This document shows positions 12,576-25,870 of a DNA stretch of 64,000 nucleotides, piece after piece. Location of the stretch: the NCBI RefSeq assembly GCF_001194135.2, contig NC_068990.1:4573142-4637141 (forward strand), written 5' to 3'. Made by a program: the position numbers and the translations under genes. The notes beneath the pieces are model-generated. The model was not told the origin of the DNA and ran no database searches. It saw only the letters and a program-made list of their open reading frames with translations. The DNA comes from Octopus bimaculoides. Taxonomy: Eukaryota. Within the stretch, counting starts at the first letter, position 1. The number at the start of each line of letters is the position of its first letter.

Positions 12576-13249
12576 GCCTGGGAAACTTTAAGTCACTTGG
12601 AACTGAATCAAACTGTTTTAAACAATATGTGTGAGTGAGTGTATAATATATGTTTGTAAGATTGTATAAGTATCAATGTATGTATGAATATATGTGTGTG
12701 TATTGTGAAAGTGGTGAACACTAAAAAGGTAGGTATCAAAGGAGGGACAGGTTTTCACAAATGTTTTGGTTTTATGCTTGTAAAAAAGAAAACAGTCTTG
12801 ATCCTTTGGATGTGATTCCTTCATCAGAAGAAAATTATACAGAAATGAAAGATACAATGTAGTTAGAGAAGACAAAATAGCAAAACAGTTAGCAACCAGG
12901 TAGCAATGTGGTTTATGCATATATAGAGCATATTTTTAAATACTGTATGTCTAAGTAATCACTTTTATTATTTATTGATGATCACCTAAATTTGGGGAAT
13001 AAGTGACAAATACATTTGGAATGTTACCTTCAGTTGATTGGTATATTATCAAGGTTATCGCTCATAGACTTAACTCATTGAATCTGGAACTAATTAGAAG
13101 ATATTATATAGTGTTAATATAAATCATGAAATATTGTCCATTGACTACTAATATAGTTCATTAGAAGTTGCAGATCGTTTATTCTATCAAGGTGATAAAA
13201 TTAGTTTCGTGCTGAGGTAATTTATTTAAAAAATATACCAAGACATCAG

Positions 13250-13641
13250 TTGTTGTTGTTGTTGGCACTCCGTCACTTACGACGTCGAGGGTTCCAGTTG
13301 ATCCAATCAACGGAACAGCCTGCTCCTTAAATTAACGTGCAAGTGGCTGAGTACTCCACAGACACGTGTACCCTTAACGTAGTTCTCGAGGAGATTCAGC
13401 ATGACACAGTGTGACAAGGCTGACCCTTTGAAATACAGGTACAACAGAAACAGGAAGAAAGAGTGAGAGAAAGCTGTGGTGAAAGAGTACAGCAGGGTTC
13501 GCCACATCCCCTGCTGGAGCCTCGTGGAGCTTTAGGTGTTTTTGCTCAATAAACACTCACAAGGCCCGGTCTGGGAATTGAAACCGCGACCCTATGACTG
13601 TGAGTCCACTGCCCTACCCACTGGGCCATTGCGCCTCCACT
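13250..13641 (-). mobile_element. Full-length tRNA-derived SINE, family C (OR-type octopus SINE by recollection), with 11-bp TSD
   Basis: Minus-strand head gtggaggcgcaatggcccagtggg (A box) ... ggtttcaattccc (B box), (aac)n tail; TSD CAAGACATCAG at 13239-13249 and 13642-13652; many CpG retained. Confidence 0.92.
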
Positions 13642-14104
13642 CAAGACATCAGGTCACATCAGCAAATAATTTGTTTGCTGATTTCTATAAGACAAGAGCC
13701 ACTGCTCTCATTTAGATTCACTGATCCAGGGTAGCATTAATTGAAAAGACACACAATGAGGTTGAAATACCACAGTGTTTCCAAGTTCTTTTATGTCAAT
13801 TAATCACACGTGATACAAACTGACGTTGCCTAAAGAAAGGAACTGTTCTCCAAAGATAAAATACCACAAATATCAGCATACTCATGTTTGAATCTATCAG
13901 AACATATTTACAATGAATGGATATATTATTGTTTAGCTTCTTTCTGTTTTGCACACAACCAGTGAATTAGTATAACTAAGACACCTACAAAATGATATAT
14001 GCATAAGGAGAATAAAACTGTTGTATTGTGGTGATGAAACATGGGCAGACAGCACAAAAATCTTGCAGTAGCAGGTTTTGTATAAAACCATTCAATGGGT
14101 GATG

Positions 14105-14430
14105 CACTGATTAGTTACAAAGGGCTCTACTTTCCAACCACATGGCACATGGTTCCAGATTCAGTCCCACTGTGTGGCACCTTAGGCAAGTGTGTTCCAC
14201 TATAGCTCCAGGCAGATCAAAGCCATGGGGATAGATTTGGTAGATGAAAACTGAAAGAAGTTTGTCATAAACATACATACACATATATATATATGAATGT
14301 ATGTATGTATGTATGTATGTATGTATGTATGTATGTATGTATGTATGTATGTATGTATGTATGTATGTATGTATGTGTGTATATGCCCCAGCATGGCTAC
14401 AATCCAATGCCTGAAACAAGTAAAAAAGAT
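14105..14430 (+). mobile_element. tRNA-derived SINE, family B (OK-type by recollection), with internal (TATG)n expansion
   Basis: ttccaaccacatgg...ttcagtcccactgtgtggcaccttaggcaagtg head, (tatg)n at about 14297-14375, tail ccagcatggctacaatccaatgcctgaaacaagtaaaa. Confidence 0.8.
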
Positions 14431-14804
14431 AAAATGGTACATACATAGCTGCATGCATGGTTATATGGTTAAAAGGTTTGCTTTGCAACCACATGGTTCC
14501 CACTGTATGACACTTTAAGATAAATGATTTATACTCTAGCTCTAAAAGATGACCAATATTCTAAGAGAGGATTTTGATGGACAAAAGCTATGTATAAACC
14601 TGTCTGACTGTTAAATCCACAAGTTTTTTTCATTTGCTCTCTGTTTATTTCCTTGTGTTCCTTTCGGTTGAGGAGCATAGGCCCAAAATGTAAAAAACTT
14701 TCTCACCTTCCCAAGCATCAAACTAATACACCTGGTTGTTGTTTATACACCTGTCTTTGACTTTTGTTTTTCTGTAAATTTCAACTATATGTATGCATGT
14801 GTAT

Positions 14805-15531
14805 NNNNNNNNNNNNNNNNNNNNNNNNNNNNNNNNNNNNNNNNNNNNNNNNNNNNNNNNNNNNNNNNNNNNNNNNNNNNNNNNNNNNNNNNNNNNNNNN
14901 NNNNNNNNNNNNNNNNNNNNNNNNNNNNNNNNNNNNNNNNNNNNNNNNNNNNNNNNNNNNNNNNNNNNNNNNNNNNNNNNNNNNNNNNNNNNNNNNNNNN
15001 NNNNNNNNNNNNNNNNNNNNNNNNNNNNNNNNNNNNNNNNNNNNNNNNNNNNNNNNNNNNNNNNNNNNNNNNNNNNNNNNNNNNNNNNNNNNNNNNNNNN
15101 NNNNNNNNNNNNNNNNNNNNNNNNNNNNNNNNNNNNNNNNNNNNNNNNNNNNNNNNNNNNNNNNNNNNNNNNNNNNNNNNNNNNNNNNNNNNNNNNNNNN
15201 NNNNNNNNNNNNNNNNNNNNNNNNNNNNNNNNNNNNNNNNNNNNNNNNNNNNNNNNNNNNNNNNNNNNNNNNNNNNNNNNNNNNNNNNNNNNNNNNNNNN
15301 NNNNNNNNNNNNNNNNNNNNNNNNNNNNNNNNNNNNNNNNNNNNNNNNNNNNNNNNNNNNNNNNNNNNNNNNNNNNNNNNNNNNNNNNNNNNNNNNNNNN
15401 NNNNNNNNNNNNNNNNNNNNNNNNNNNNNNNNNNNNNNNNNNNNNNNNNNNNNNNNNNNNNNNNNNNNNNNNNNNNNNNNNNNNNNNNNNNNNNNNNNNN
15501 NNNNNNNNNNNNNNNNNNNNNNNNNNNNNNN
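14805..15531. other. Assembly gap (N run)
   Basis: Direct observation. Short 10-N gaps also at 8187-8196, 20387-20396 and 48888-48897. Confidence 1.
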
Positions 15532-16221
15532 AGAAAATACTTCCTTGGAGTAAAACTACTCTGTATGTGTGTGTGGGGATGGGGAGGGGTATTTGTTTCT
15601 CAATGAGTAATCCAACCAATTCCTTAACACTCACCATCAGCAATGTCATGAATCAGTGATTTCTTTTTTTCAGTTGAAAAACTTGTAACCAATGATGCTA
15701 TTGTTCATTAACTGAGATAAAAAAATACAAACAAAATAAATACGGACTGAATCGAAAGTGTTACCTCTAAAAGAACATATGATGAAAAGTCAAAAAGATT
15801 CAAATTACACTGCGTTGCAAACTTATCCAACATATTGCACATTGATAAAAACGGGATATTAAAACATTAATGATAATAGCTTTGATGACAGTGAATGCTA
15901 ATCAAAAGATTATGTTAGTCTTATTTTCATTTCACAGCTCTAGATATTTTAATTCAGTTATAATGCAATAGCCTTAATAAAGGCAAGAGCATCATCATTC
16001 TATTTTGTTTCTTCTTTCTTTAAGTCAACACAACTGACCACTGGTTGATGGATATCACTGATTAAGAAAGTTCATGCAATAAACTATTTATCACACCAGC
16101 GCAAGAGGATAAATAAATATTCATAAGTGAATAGCTTATATATGTAGGCATAGTGAATTCACATACAAAGGGAGCAAGAAAAGAAAGAATATAAATGCAT
16201 ATAAACATAATCCCACACATA

Positions 16222-16267
<46 letters not shown>

Positions 16268-17749
16268 TACATTCATATATATATATACACATAAATATAT
16301 ACATGCACACACACATATATATATATATACGTACATACAAATACATACAGAAACACACAAACACACACACATATTTAATATTGCCTAAGAATCTTGAACT
16401 GCCATAGAAAATATGCTTATGATTTAGTTTCCTCACATAAGATCATAGAATGAAGTCTCCTCAATGAGAATAATCTTGCTTAATATTGAATATAAGCTGG
16501 TCATAATGATATTGCTATATCTGTAGATGATATATTGAGTTTATTAGGTAATAATTTATTATTTCATTTAGGTATTAAAGCAGCTGTAGGTTTTACTTGG
16601 TCAAGATGTATCATAAAGGAAACCTCTAGATAGTCACTTGACCCAACTAGAAATAACAACACAATCCCCTTTAAATCACACCCACTGTTTACAAGAAAAC
16701 AAAAAAAATACATTGGGTAAAGTAGTCTTGGAGACACTCAGAAGCATAGATGAAATGCTCACAGTTGAGATGCTTTTGAACACAGATCTGCTGGATCAGG
16801 GCTGACCTGAGGCAAAACAGCAACAGAAGTAAAAGCAAGAACAGCTGCAAAGGTAACAACAGCAACAACAACAACTTGATCAAGATACAGCATTTATGTT
16901 AACATTTAAAAGGACACATTGGTTCCTGACTAGAAGTATGGTTTACAGCGTAATTGATGATACTAAATGCTATTATAAGAATGTTGATGATGATGATAGT
17001 GGTGATCAGGATATGGTATTGAAGGGAAGGGGAAATAGAATATAGATAGAGATCTAACATGTATGTAATCTTACCCCATGCATGAACTACTTCACAAATA
17101 CTACAGCAGTGGCTTCCTATTGGTATGGATACACAGTGTGGCAGAACATTATAATCTGTTTCATGAAATAGATGCCATATGTTTAAATGACAGGGATATG
17201 TCTTTATAAATAGTGCAGAAAGTGAGAAACCGATAAAAATAGCATAAAAAAATATAATTAGAAAAACCTCTCTTGATCTAAACCTTCTACATTAAATATA
17301 TCTAATATCAAAAGTCATCATTCAAGGTCTATCTAAATCTCATTTTCTATTTTGAAGTAGTGACTGTCATATTGTCATTTTAGGCTATGTTAGAATGGCA
17401 AGCAGCATTTACACTAACCCTATCAATCAAAATGTCCTTCACCATATTAAACATCTGCTTTACTGTGGTTTTAGATTAGATTTAAAGTGATATATTATTA
17501 CCAATGTTGTTGTTCTTGTTGTTGTTACAATAAACAACATACATTCTTACAGCAACAGAAAGCGAATACTTTGAGGGTTCTGAAAGGGTAAGAAATACTT
17601 GATATACCTAAGCATCTTACAGGATGTTTAAGTACATCAAAAAATATCTTTTAGGGAAATTTAATAAGAAATAAATTAATTTTAAATGCATTTAATATAT
17701 CCTTGGTACCTTCATTTTGTTGTGACAAGGTTACTCAAGTCAGATTATG

Positions 17750-18135
17750 GTGCATGTAATAGTGCAGCATGATGTTGCATTCATCATCTGTCAGTATATT
17801 CCTGGGCTCACCAGGGCAACCTGCTGAGCAGAATTGAAGTCAGTCCCCATCTCTGTGAGATATCTCCTCATCTGCCATGACCATGTTGCATATGATCAAC
17901 CAACAATGTGATTAACCAGGCCAGATCCGCAGTGCAGAGAACATGGTAAGCAGGGTCTAAGTCAAAAAATTGAGCAATATGGCTACACAGTCTGAGCTGG
18001 TGCTCCCGAATCCCACAAGCAACAGGATGCATCACAGTTTCTGAATAGTGTTGTTCATTGGATATGAAAATCTGACCAATCGTACCTCATAATCCTGCAA
18101 AACATTCCGGTACCAGAGGAGTTCAAGCAGTTCCT
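17750..18135 (-). mobile_element. RTE-clade LINE 3' remnant
   Basis: Minus frame: IFISNEQHYSETVMHPVACGIREHQLRLCSHIAQFFDLDPAYHVL, matching the RTE C-terminal FISNxxLLxETGMRPVTCxIRERQLRLFGHVAR..DPAHRIL pattern. Confidence 0.8.
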
Positions 18136-18309
18136 AAGGGCCCTGAACAGTGTCCAAGTCTTACAATTATAATTGTGAGACATGGTTACTGATTAATAAA
18201 AAAAGAAGATACAGCATGCACTTTGTAGTAGGAAAGGTTGCACGGCAAAATTAACTTCTTGGATTCTAGCAGAATTTGTAGGCTGGGAGGTGGTAAATAA
18301 ACTGAAATC

Positions 18310-18770
18310 ATAATTGTTAGAGGCATGGACGTTAGTTAAGAAGTCTGCCTCTCAACTATGTGGATTTTTAGGTTCAGTCCCATTACACAGCACCTTGGGC
18401 AAATATCTTTTACTTTAGCCTCAGACTAGCCAATTCCTTGTGAGTGAATTTGGTAAATAGAAACTATATGGAAGCTCATTGCATATGTGTGTGTGTGCAT
18501 ACATATACACATACATGTATATATATGTGTATATATATATAGATATATATGTTATGTGCATATTTGTTTATGTGCACCTTTGTATCTCCACCTCTTGACA
18601 ACTGGTGCTGGCTTTTTTGTGTCCCTATAAATTGATAGTTCAGCAAAAAAAAGATAAGTAACATGCATAAACTAAATACTGGGGGTGGGAGATTTGCTTG
18701 ACTAAACCCTTTCAAGTTGGTGTCCCTGCATGGTAGTGGTTCAATGACTGAGGTAAAAAAATAAAAGAAT
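18310..18770 (+). mobile_element. SINE family B with internal (TG/TA)n
   Basis: ggttcagtcccattacacagcaccttgggcaaatatcttttactttagcc ... ttgacaactggtgctgg ... ggtgtccctgcatggtagtggttcaatgactgagg. Confidence 0.75.
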
Positions 18771-20399
18771 AATTGTATTTTCTTGTTTTATTCTTGATAA
18801 ACACCAAGACAACCCAAGTTGAGCAGATGTATGTTCAAAGCCAGTCAAGTAATGATTCCTGTCCTTTTATTTTCCTTCATATATTCTGTACTCTTAACAT
18901 TTTATTCGCTGTGTCCATTCTTCTTAAGGATTGTAGTATTATTTTTTAGAAATTTGGCTGCTATTTCTAGTAGGCTGAAGGATCAGGTAAAAGTTTCTCT
19001 GTTTTCTTACTTTGATGTTTTGCTTTTCAAAGAAATATTGAACTGGCAATTTATTGAAAGCTTTGTTACAAATTAGATTGATTTTGGTATTCATTTTATA
19101 TATGTATGTCCTTAATTTATTTTATATAATAATCTGTTTTTATATTTGTTTACTTCGGGAAAATAGTTGAGGTCATCCTATATTTGAATAAATATATTTT
19201 GCCTGTAGAATGTTGTGAAAATTAGAGATAAGCCTCAGTTCCTATACTTTAGCTTATCATTATTAGTATTTCCTATCTACTTAATGCATCTAATATCATA
19301 TATTTATCCATTTCCCCATCTGCCTTCAATAGTACAAACTTTCATAGTGTTTAAATTCCTTTTTTATACTATCACAAACATTCTAGATTGAAAAAAATAA
19401 ATAGTTTATGTTTGCTTCAATATAATTAGCTATTTGTCATTATATTTTTAGAGCAGTACTTTTTATTTTATATAATATTATAGGCAATTTAAAGAAACTA
19501 ATAATTAATGTTGGGGAAGATATTACGGTTAAATTAAATATTGATTTCTTATATCACAATAAGTTCAGATATTTATAGAGGCGGATGGGAGAGTCAAACC
19601 CTTTTCATACAGATTTTTCATTTTATTGAAGAAATGAAGAAATGAATGATGAAGTTGAGTCCAATGGGATAAAATTAAACACAAATTTCCAACACTGACC
19701 TAAGTGCTATAAATTTGTTGGGGTGGAAAGTATAATTGGTTGAATAGATTATTACATAAATAGTATTTATTTAACCAGTTCTGGAAGCTTCACCTCACCA
19801 TGATTTCTACTCGGGATGTGAGAGATGTAACTAAACAGTGCAGGATATTTAACATGGTTCTCTACCATGCTAGATATTTTGCATTAAAATAAAGATATAA
19901 ATAGTTTTTGAATATACAAATATGTCAATAAAATTTTGCAGCATTACAGAAATTATCACACATCACTAATGACTTATTTCTGGCTGATCCAGCTGAGATG
20001 TGTTGATTGTGAAATTCTTCTCTATCAGGCTAAGAAGAAGAAGAAGAAAATTCTGACATATGGACAACTTCTCATGAAATCTACTCAAGCTTTCACATTC
20101 AATGTACATGATGTTTTCAACAAGTGTGTATTTCAGTGCAAGCATGTGCATGCGTGCGCATGCGTGTGTGTGTGTGTGAGGCCCAATTTCACAGCTTGAT
20201 TAAATGCATGCTATATGTTATACTACATACAGCATGATTAAATACATACAACATATTATACACAAATCCGCAAGTGTGTATTTGTGTTTAATATACATAT
20301 GTGTGTATGTGTGTGTATATATATGTGTGTGTATATATGTGTGTGTGTATATATGTGTGTATATATGTGCATGTATATATATATGTNNNNNNNNNNATA

Positions 20400-20445
<46 letters not shown>

Positions 20446-20859
20446 GATAGATAGATAGATGGTTGTTATATGAAACCTATAAAATATGTTATGTGACATG
20501 TGTAATAATATGATACTCTCCTACATTTTATTCATAGTAAAGAGTGTGTTGATAGCACAACACTCATATTTTCACTTTATTTATCATTAGTATTTCCTAT
20601 CTACTCTATGCACCCAATATCTTATATTCACATTCAACCATTGATTATTTCTGCATCTGCCCTCAACAGTACAAACTTTAAGTTGATAGGTTTCATTGAA
20701 AACAAAATAAAAATGTCTTTGGAGCATCTCTTAAATGAAATAAATTAAAAACAGAAAAAAGCAAACGAGAATTCATCACATGCCATCAAAAGCTTATCTG
20801 CTCAGTCTGACTTATGGAAAGAATAGATTAAAAAAGAAAAGAAAGAGGAAATGTTTGTA

Positions 20860-20890
<31 letters not shown>

Positions 20891-22139
20891 AAACTAAATA
20901 AATATTATGATTCTATAATTCTTTGCATGTTATCAGAAAATCAGTTTAATAATGAATTAGGATTCTGAATATTATTTAGCATGAGAAACTTGTGGCACTC
21001 CACCTTTATGACTGAGTGGCTAGCACATTAAAATTATTATCCAGCCATATATATCAACTTCAACAATCCATTTATGAAGCAGAATTTTCAGAAGCAATGA
21101 ACCTAGACTAATATAAAAATAGTGATCGTAAAAAGAATCTGCACTGATGAAGATTTTTTTTTCAACACATAACAAATATTGAAAGCTCTACCAAGGCTAA
21201 GCTATGTTCATGTCCATCATTTAACATGTTTAACTGTTAGGGGAGTAAACTGTAGAAAAATTAAAATGAATTAAAAAAAACCTATCGTTCTTATCACAAT
21301 CATATGACTTCTAAAATGAAAGATAGTTTATAATAATGTAATATTTGCTATAAATCAACAACCTAGAAAAGATAATATTCCATGAATATGTATACTGTAA
21401 TCCTTTTGAATCAGAAATAGTTAGGTCAATAGAATATCAGGCAACAAACTGTAAGGTAGGTAGGTGGTACACAATCATTGATGATGCATTTAGTGCAAAG
21501 GTAATGTTTACCTCTAAAGAGTCAAATTCACTCAGTTATGCTTAATGCACCCTGGAATAGTAGAGTTCATTACTACTGGAAGTAGTGGCAGTTTTTGAAA
21601 GTGGACAAGTGTTTTATTACTTGATCCTGGGCAGATATATGTGAATATGTACTGAGTTTCAATGAAAAGCATTCTAAGTCTTGTAAATATTCCAGGTTAA
21701 GCTTCAATTTCATTAGTTTGATCTATTTTGTAAAACACCAAGTTTCATACTGGTAGGTTGGCATCAATAAGCATATTAAATTGATGAGCTTGGTTCTTTG
21801 CTTGTATGAAAATGTCAGAATATTTCTACATCACTGAGATTCTATATCTGACATTGCACAGAGATTGAAATCAAATTCCAGGAGTTAGTGTTCCATAAAC
21901 ACACTATCAAGTTACTTGAACTCCTTCAACTATTGATGTAGATACTGAGAATGTCAACAGCTTAGGTCACCTTCTTTGTTTAATTTTTGTTGTTGTTGAT
22001 CTCAATATCTATCACTAATTACATTCTGGTGCTTCATATGTTTCAGTAGTTTTTCTTATTTCTAATTTACAAGGCTTTGGTAATCAATAAAAAAAATTCT
22101 GCTGAAGGCTTTTTGTTTTTACTTCATTTGCTTTTATAC

Positions 22140-22180
<41 letters not shown>

Positions 22181-23624
22181 CGTGTATGTGTCTTTGTGAG
22201 TGCATGTGCATGAGTGTGTATGCCTTTGTGTGTGTGTGTGTATTAGTGTGTGTGCATGCGTATGTGATAAAAATAAGGAAAGTAGCACAAATCTCAACAC
22301 CACTCTAAGCATGTTTAAAATTCATCTGGAAGGCCATATTTAGGATAATGAGAGGAAACAGCTGGCTTTGTACGTCATATATTTTCTGAATGCTTCATAG
22401 CAACTCTACTGAAGTAGTCAACTGCTCTTTCATGGCCAGCAAAGGTGAAAATCAGTTCTTTTGTGTGAGCCATTGCCATTAAAGTTATTGCATCAGTGCA
22501 TATCAGTGCCTTTAGCAACAAAGGCTCCATCATCCAACTCATGTGCTGCTCCAATATTTAGGCATCTTTTATAACTTGAGAGTGATAGTCTTCTGTATGT
22601 AGTAGTTTCTTTACTTCCCCTTTTTTTATCCCTTTCATATTAGTGCTATACTTACATGCTTTTAATACCTGCCCATGCCTTCTCTGAAATAATGTTAACA
22701 CCTGCCAGGTAATAACATCTGAGGTTATAGACCTATAATACATTATGAAGTGCTTGTAAGTTCGTTAAATTAACAATTTTTGGTTCAAAAGGAAATAGCA
22801 TTTAGAGATCTAAATCAGTTTAATTACAATGATTAAATAATAACTAAAGCAAATGAATGAAAGAACTGCTTAAAGTGGGTTTTTTTTTAACTAATTACAA
22901 TAATTATTTCTTATGGTGGTATTAGGACATAATAGGAATTGGGTATAGAAAATGTCACTGATCTGCATCTGGGAAGTATTTTATTGATCTTATAGGAACG
23001 AAAACCAAAGTTGAGCCTGTCATACTTTTAACTCAATCTAAACAGATCAAACTAAAATGCTGAATTGCAAAGAGAAGAAAAATTTTAATTTTATTTACAA
23101 TTAGATTTAGTCTTGTCTTTGGAAATTCTTTATTATTTTGATAGAACCCATGCATTATAGAGTTCAGTTGATTACATTAACTCAATATCTTACACTTATT
23201 TTCTCAATTTCCAAAAGATGGAAAGCAAAGTGAGGCTGGATGAGATTTAAATTCAGAACGTAACTAAATACCACAAAGTGTTTTGTACTACATCTTACTG
23301 ATTTTCCTATCATTTGAAAATTAAACCACTTTAGCTTCTGTTTTACTTAGATATCTCTTTCTATATTATCTAATCCTTTCTAAATAACAAAGACCCATAT
23401 TAACTGTGTCCAGTTCTAATTTCTATAGATTTAAGTAAAATGAAAGACCTTTTTATTAGACTTTGGTGGGTTGCTTTACCTGAAAGAATAATCAAAACTG
23501 CATAAACAATGCTATTACTGCTTACAATTAATTAGTAAACAACCATATAGGATCTACCAACAGTTTAAGTAGAGTTATTCATTTACAGTGATGATTATTA
23601 GTCATGGCAACGTCATAATTAATG

Positions 23625-23687
23625 CCAGTGACTGAACACATACCACTGACTGAACACATACCACTGACTGAACACATACCACTGACT
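23625..23687. repeat. 18-bp minisatellite (CCACTGACTGAACACATA) x3.5
   Basis: Units at 23625, 23643, 23661, partial at 23679; one mismatch in the first unit. Confidence 0.95.
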
Positions 23688-25664
23688 TCTTAGTTATTTG
23701 TTCAATACATTAATACGTTATCCAAAACAAGGAGCATAGATGGATAACTCAAAATATATGGTCAAAAGAATTTGTTTCACTATATTAGTTATGATTGTGG
23801 AGCTGAGCTGAAGTTGCCCTGCTGACTTAAGCTATAATAGAAGCGTTCATATCACAACCCCTGTTTTAATGACTTCTGCCTTTACCACTACTTGGTCTGA
23901 ATGACAAAGCACATTACCATAATATTTTAAAACTTAATGTTAACTACATTGCTATTTAATGTATATATTCCAGTTGTTTTAACTGATTCACCGTGTGCCT
24001 GGATGTTATAAGCAGTGACTAGAATGGATGGCAACATGAGGGGTACCCAACCATGAAACACTGTATCAGAGAACCTGTCCACCCCATATCAACAAGGAAA
24101 AGTAAATGATGATCACAATGATATTAACTACATTGCTAATCTTCAATAATTCAATAGAAATTTCAGTTATATTAAACTCTATTAAAAAAAGTGGGTTCAT
24201 ATTTCCTCCAAATAATATTAAAAAAGGAAGAAATGAAAGGTGCTTCCAAATCTGAGAGCTGAATATAGAAAGAAAGCTTTGTAACAAAATTATATTTCAC
24301 TTGAAATGTCGAAATGGTATTTAATTTTATTATTTGAGTCTTGATAATAGTTTTAATTTTTTTTTTTTCCTATACAGTGAGAAAACTCAGTATCTAATAT
24401 ACTAAAGACAGCCTACTTGCTTATTTCTTTTTTAATTCATATACATGAATATACTTATTTCACTTTTTAGATGTTTTTTGGGGAGTAAAACAGATATAAT
24501 TGAATTTGAATTTTATATTTAAATTACAATGACAATATTATTGATTAATTTTCTCTGTAATGCATATTGTTTGGATTTTTATAAAGAAATTTCTCTAGAA
24601 GTTGTGCTGTATAAACTGGTTCAGTACAGCTGTAGTTTTCATTTCAAACAGTGAGTTACAGTTGACTTGTGTTAATAGGATATCAGACAACTAGATGAGA
24701 GTTTGTTGGTTCATTTTCTTCTTTAACCCTCAAACAGCTCTGATTGAACAGGCTTATAATTAAGGGCATTCTAGCTGTGACTATCCATTTGGTGTGTTAT
24801 AAGTGACATTTGACTGCTATTTCTAGCAAATTGAATGACCATACAAAGGCTTCCTCAGTAGCTTGTAGGGGTTCATATCTTGCTAACAGTGGTTCTGAGA
24901 TGTAGACACTCAACTCTTTGCTGTACTTAATTTCTGAAGTAGTTACTACAATGTTGAATAACTACACACTGTAAAGCAATAGTAGAATTGTAAAACTGAG
25001 GAGTGTTTCATTAGTTTCCATAGATGAATTCAGGTTGTTTCAGGGAGTAAACCCATGATTTAAAAATTAATGAGTTAATACAAGTTAATACTTGTAAAAG
25101 TGTCTAAGTCAAACTGATTTTCATATAACTTAAGCACATTTAGAACTAAGGTTTTCAATTATTAAATCATCATTTGTTACAAGATTTCAAAAAATAAAAC
25201 AAAAGAAAAAAGCAAGAGTAAAGAATAAATTACCAAATTGAGGAAACCATACAGATAAGGTAATAAGTTATGAATAATAAGTCTTACAGCGAGAATAAGT
25301 ATGTATTTAATGCAAATGTATTCACCTTGAAAGTAGACAGGCAAAAAAAGAAGAAAAAAGAGAAGCTAAGTGTGAATGTAAATCCAAAGCTAGATATCTT
25401 TCATCATTTAGAAATTTGGGTAAATAAAGCAAACAATATCTTAATAATGAATGCCAAAGTTAGACTCATTTAAATAAAGAAGTAATACTACATTTTATGG
25501 TATAGATTGGCTCCCAACTTAGGAACACTAATGTTGCTAGGTTTGTGAAAGAGAGAAATTTAAATCAATTTTCCAAAGAGGTAAAAAATGATAATTCACT
25601 TTAAAGATCTGGTGTAATAGAAAAAGCTGTAAAAGATCAAATTCCTAAACAGTTTGTTGTTTTT

Positions 25665-25870
25665 ATATACTTTGTTGTTTAGCTCCACATCTGCCCTGAT
25701 CAAGCAGACCAACCATAAAAGGCATTCCAGTTGCAACTAGTTAATTTTTGTAGGATTATGTGAGACCAAATTATCCAAAGTATTCTTTCCTTTCTCATGA
25801 AAGTAGGTGGGATTTGAAGCACATTTGGGTGATGTTTCTGGTAGGTTGGGTAACCATGTAAAAACTATTT
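25665..25870. mobile_element. SINE-like repeat family D (further copies near 24710-24870, 29900-30020, 30360-30590, 40670-40880)
   Basis: gttgtttagctccacatctgccctgatcaagcagacc...aaaggcattccag...gtgggatttgaagcacatttgg shared among the copies. Confidence 0.65.

Noticed and set aside
13029-13084. Minus-strand 56-bp segment with acceptor and AAG|gtaaca donor
   Set aside because: Stops in all frames; it could only be a UTR exon and there is no supporting evidence.
13560-13640. tRNA gene
   Set aside because: The A and B boxes belong to a SINE head; there is no complete cloverleaf, and a SINE body, tail and TSD follow.
17795-18170. Plus-strand reading containing QQDASQFL, resembling the QQDAxEFL motif of USP deubiquitinases
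   Set aside because: The frame has several stops, and the minus strand gives a much longer colinear match to the RTE C-terminus; the motif is an antisense coincidence.
20029-20110. Plus-strand exon candidate AKKKKKKILTYGQLLMKSTQAFTFN
   Set aside because: The acceptor is plausible, but there is no good donor and the Lys run is an (AAG)n microsatellite.
23465-23495. Minus-strand polypyrimidine-CAG|GTAAAG recursive-splice-like site
   Set aside because: A single motif expected by chance in 64 kb of AT-rich DNA; no evidence it lies in a minus-strand intron.
23625-23687. CRISPR-like array
   Set aside because: Head-to-tail tandem units without spacers, eukaryotic context, no cas genes.
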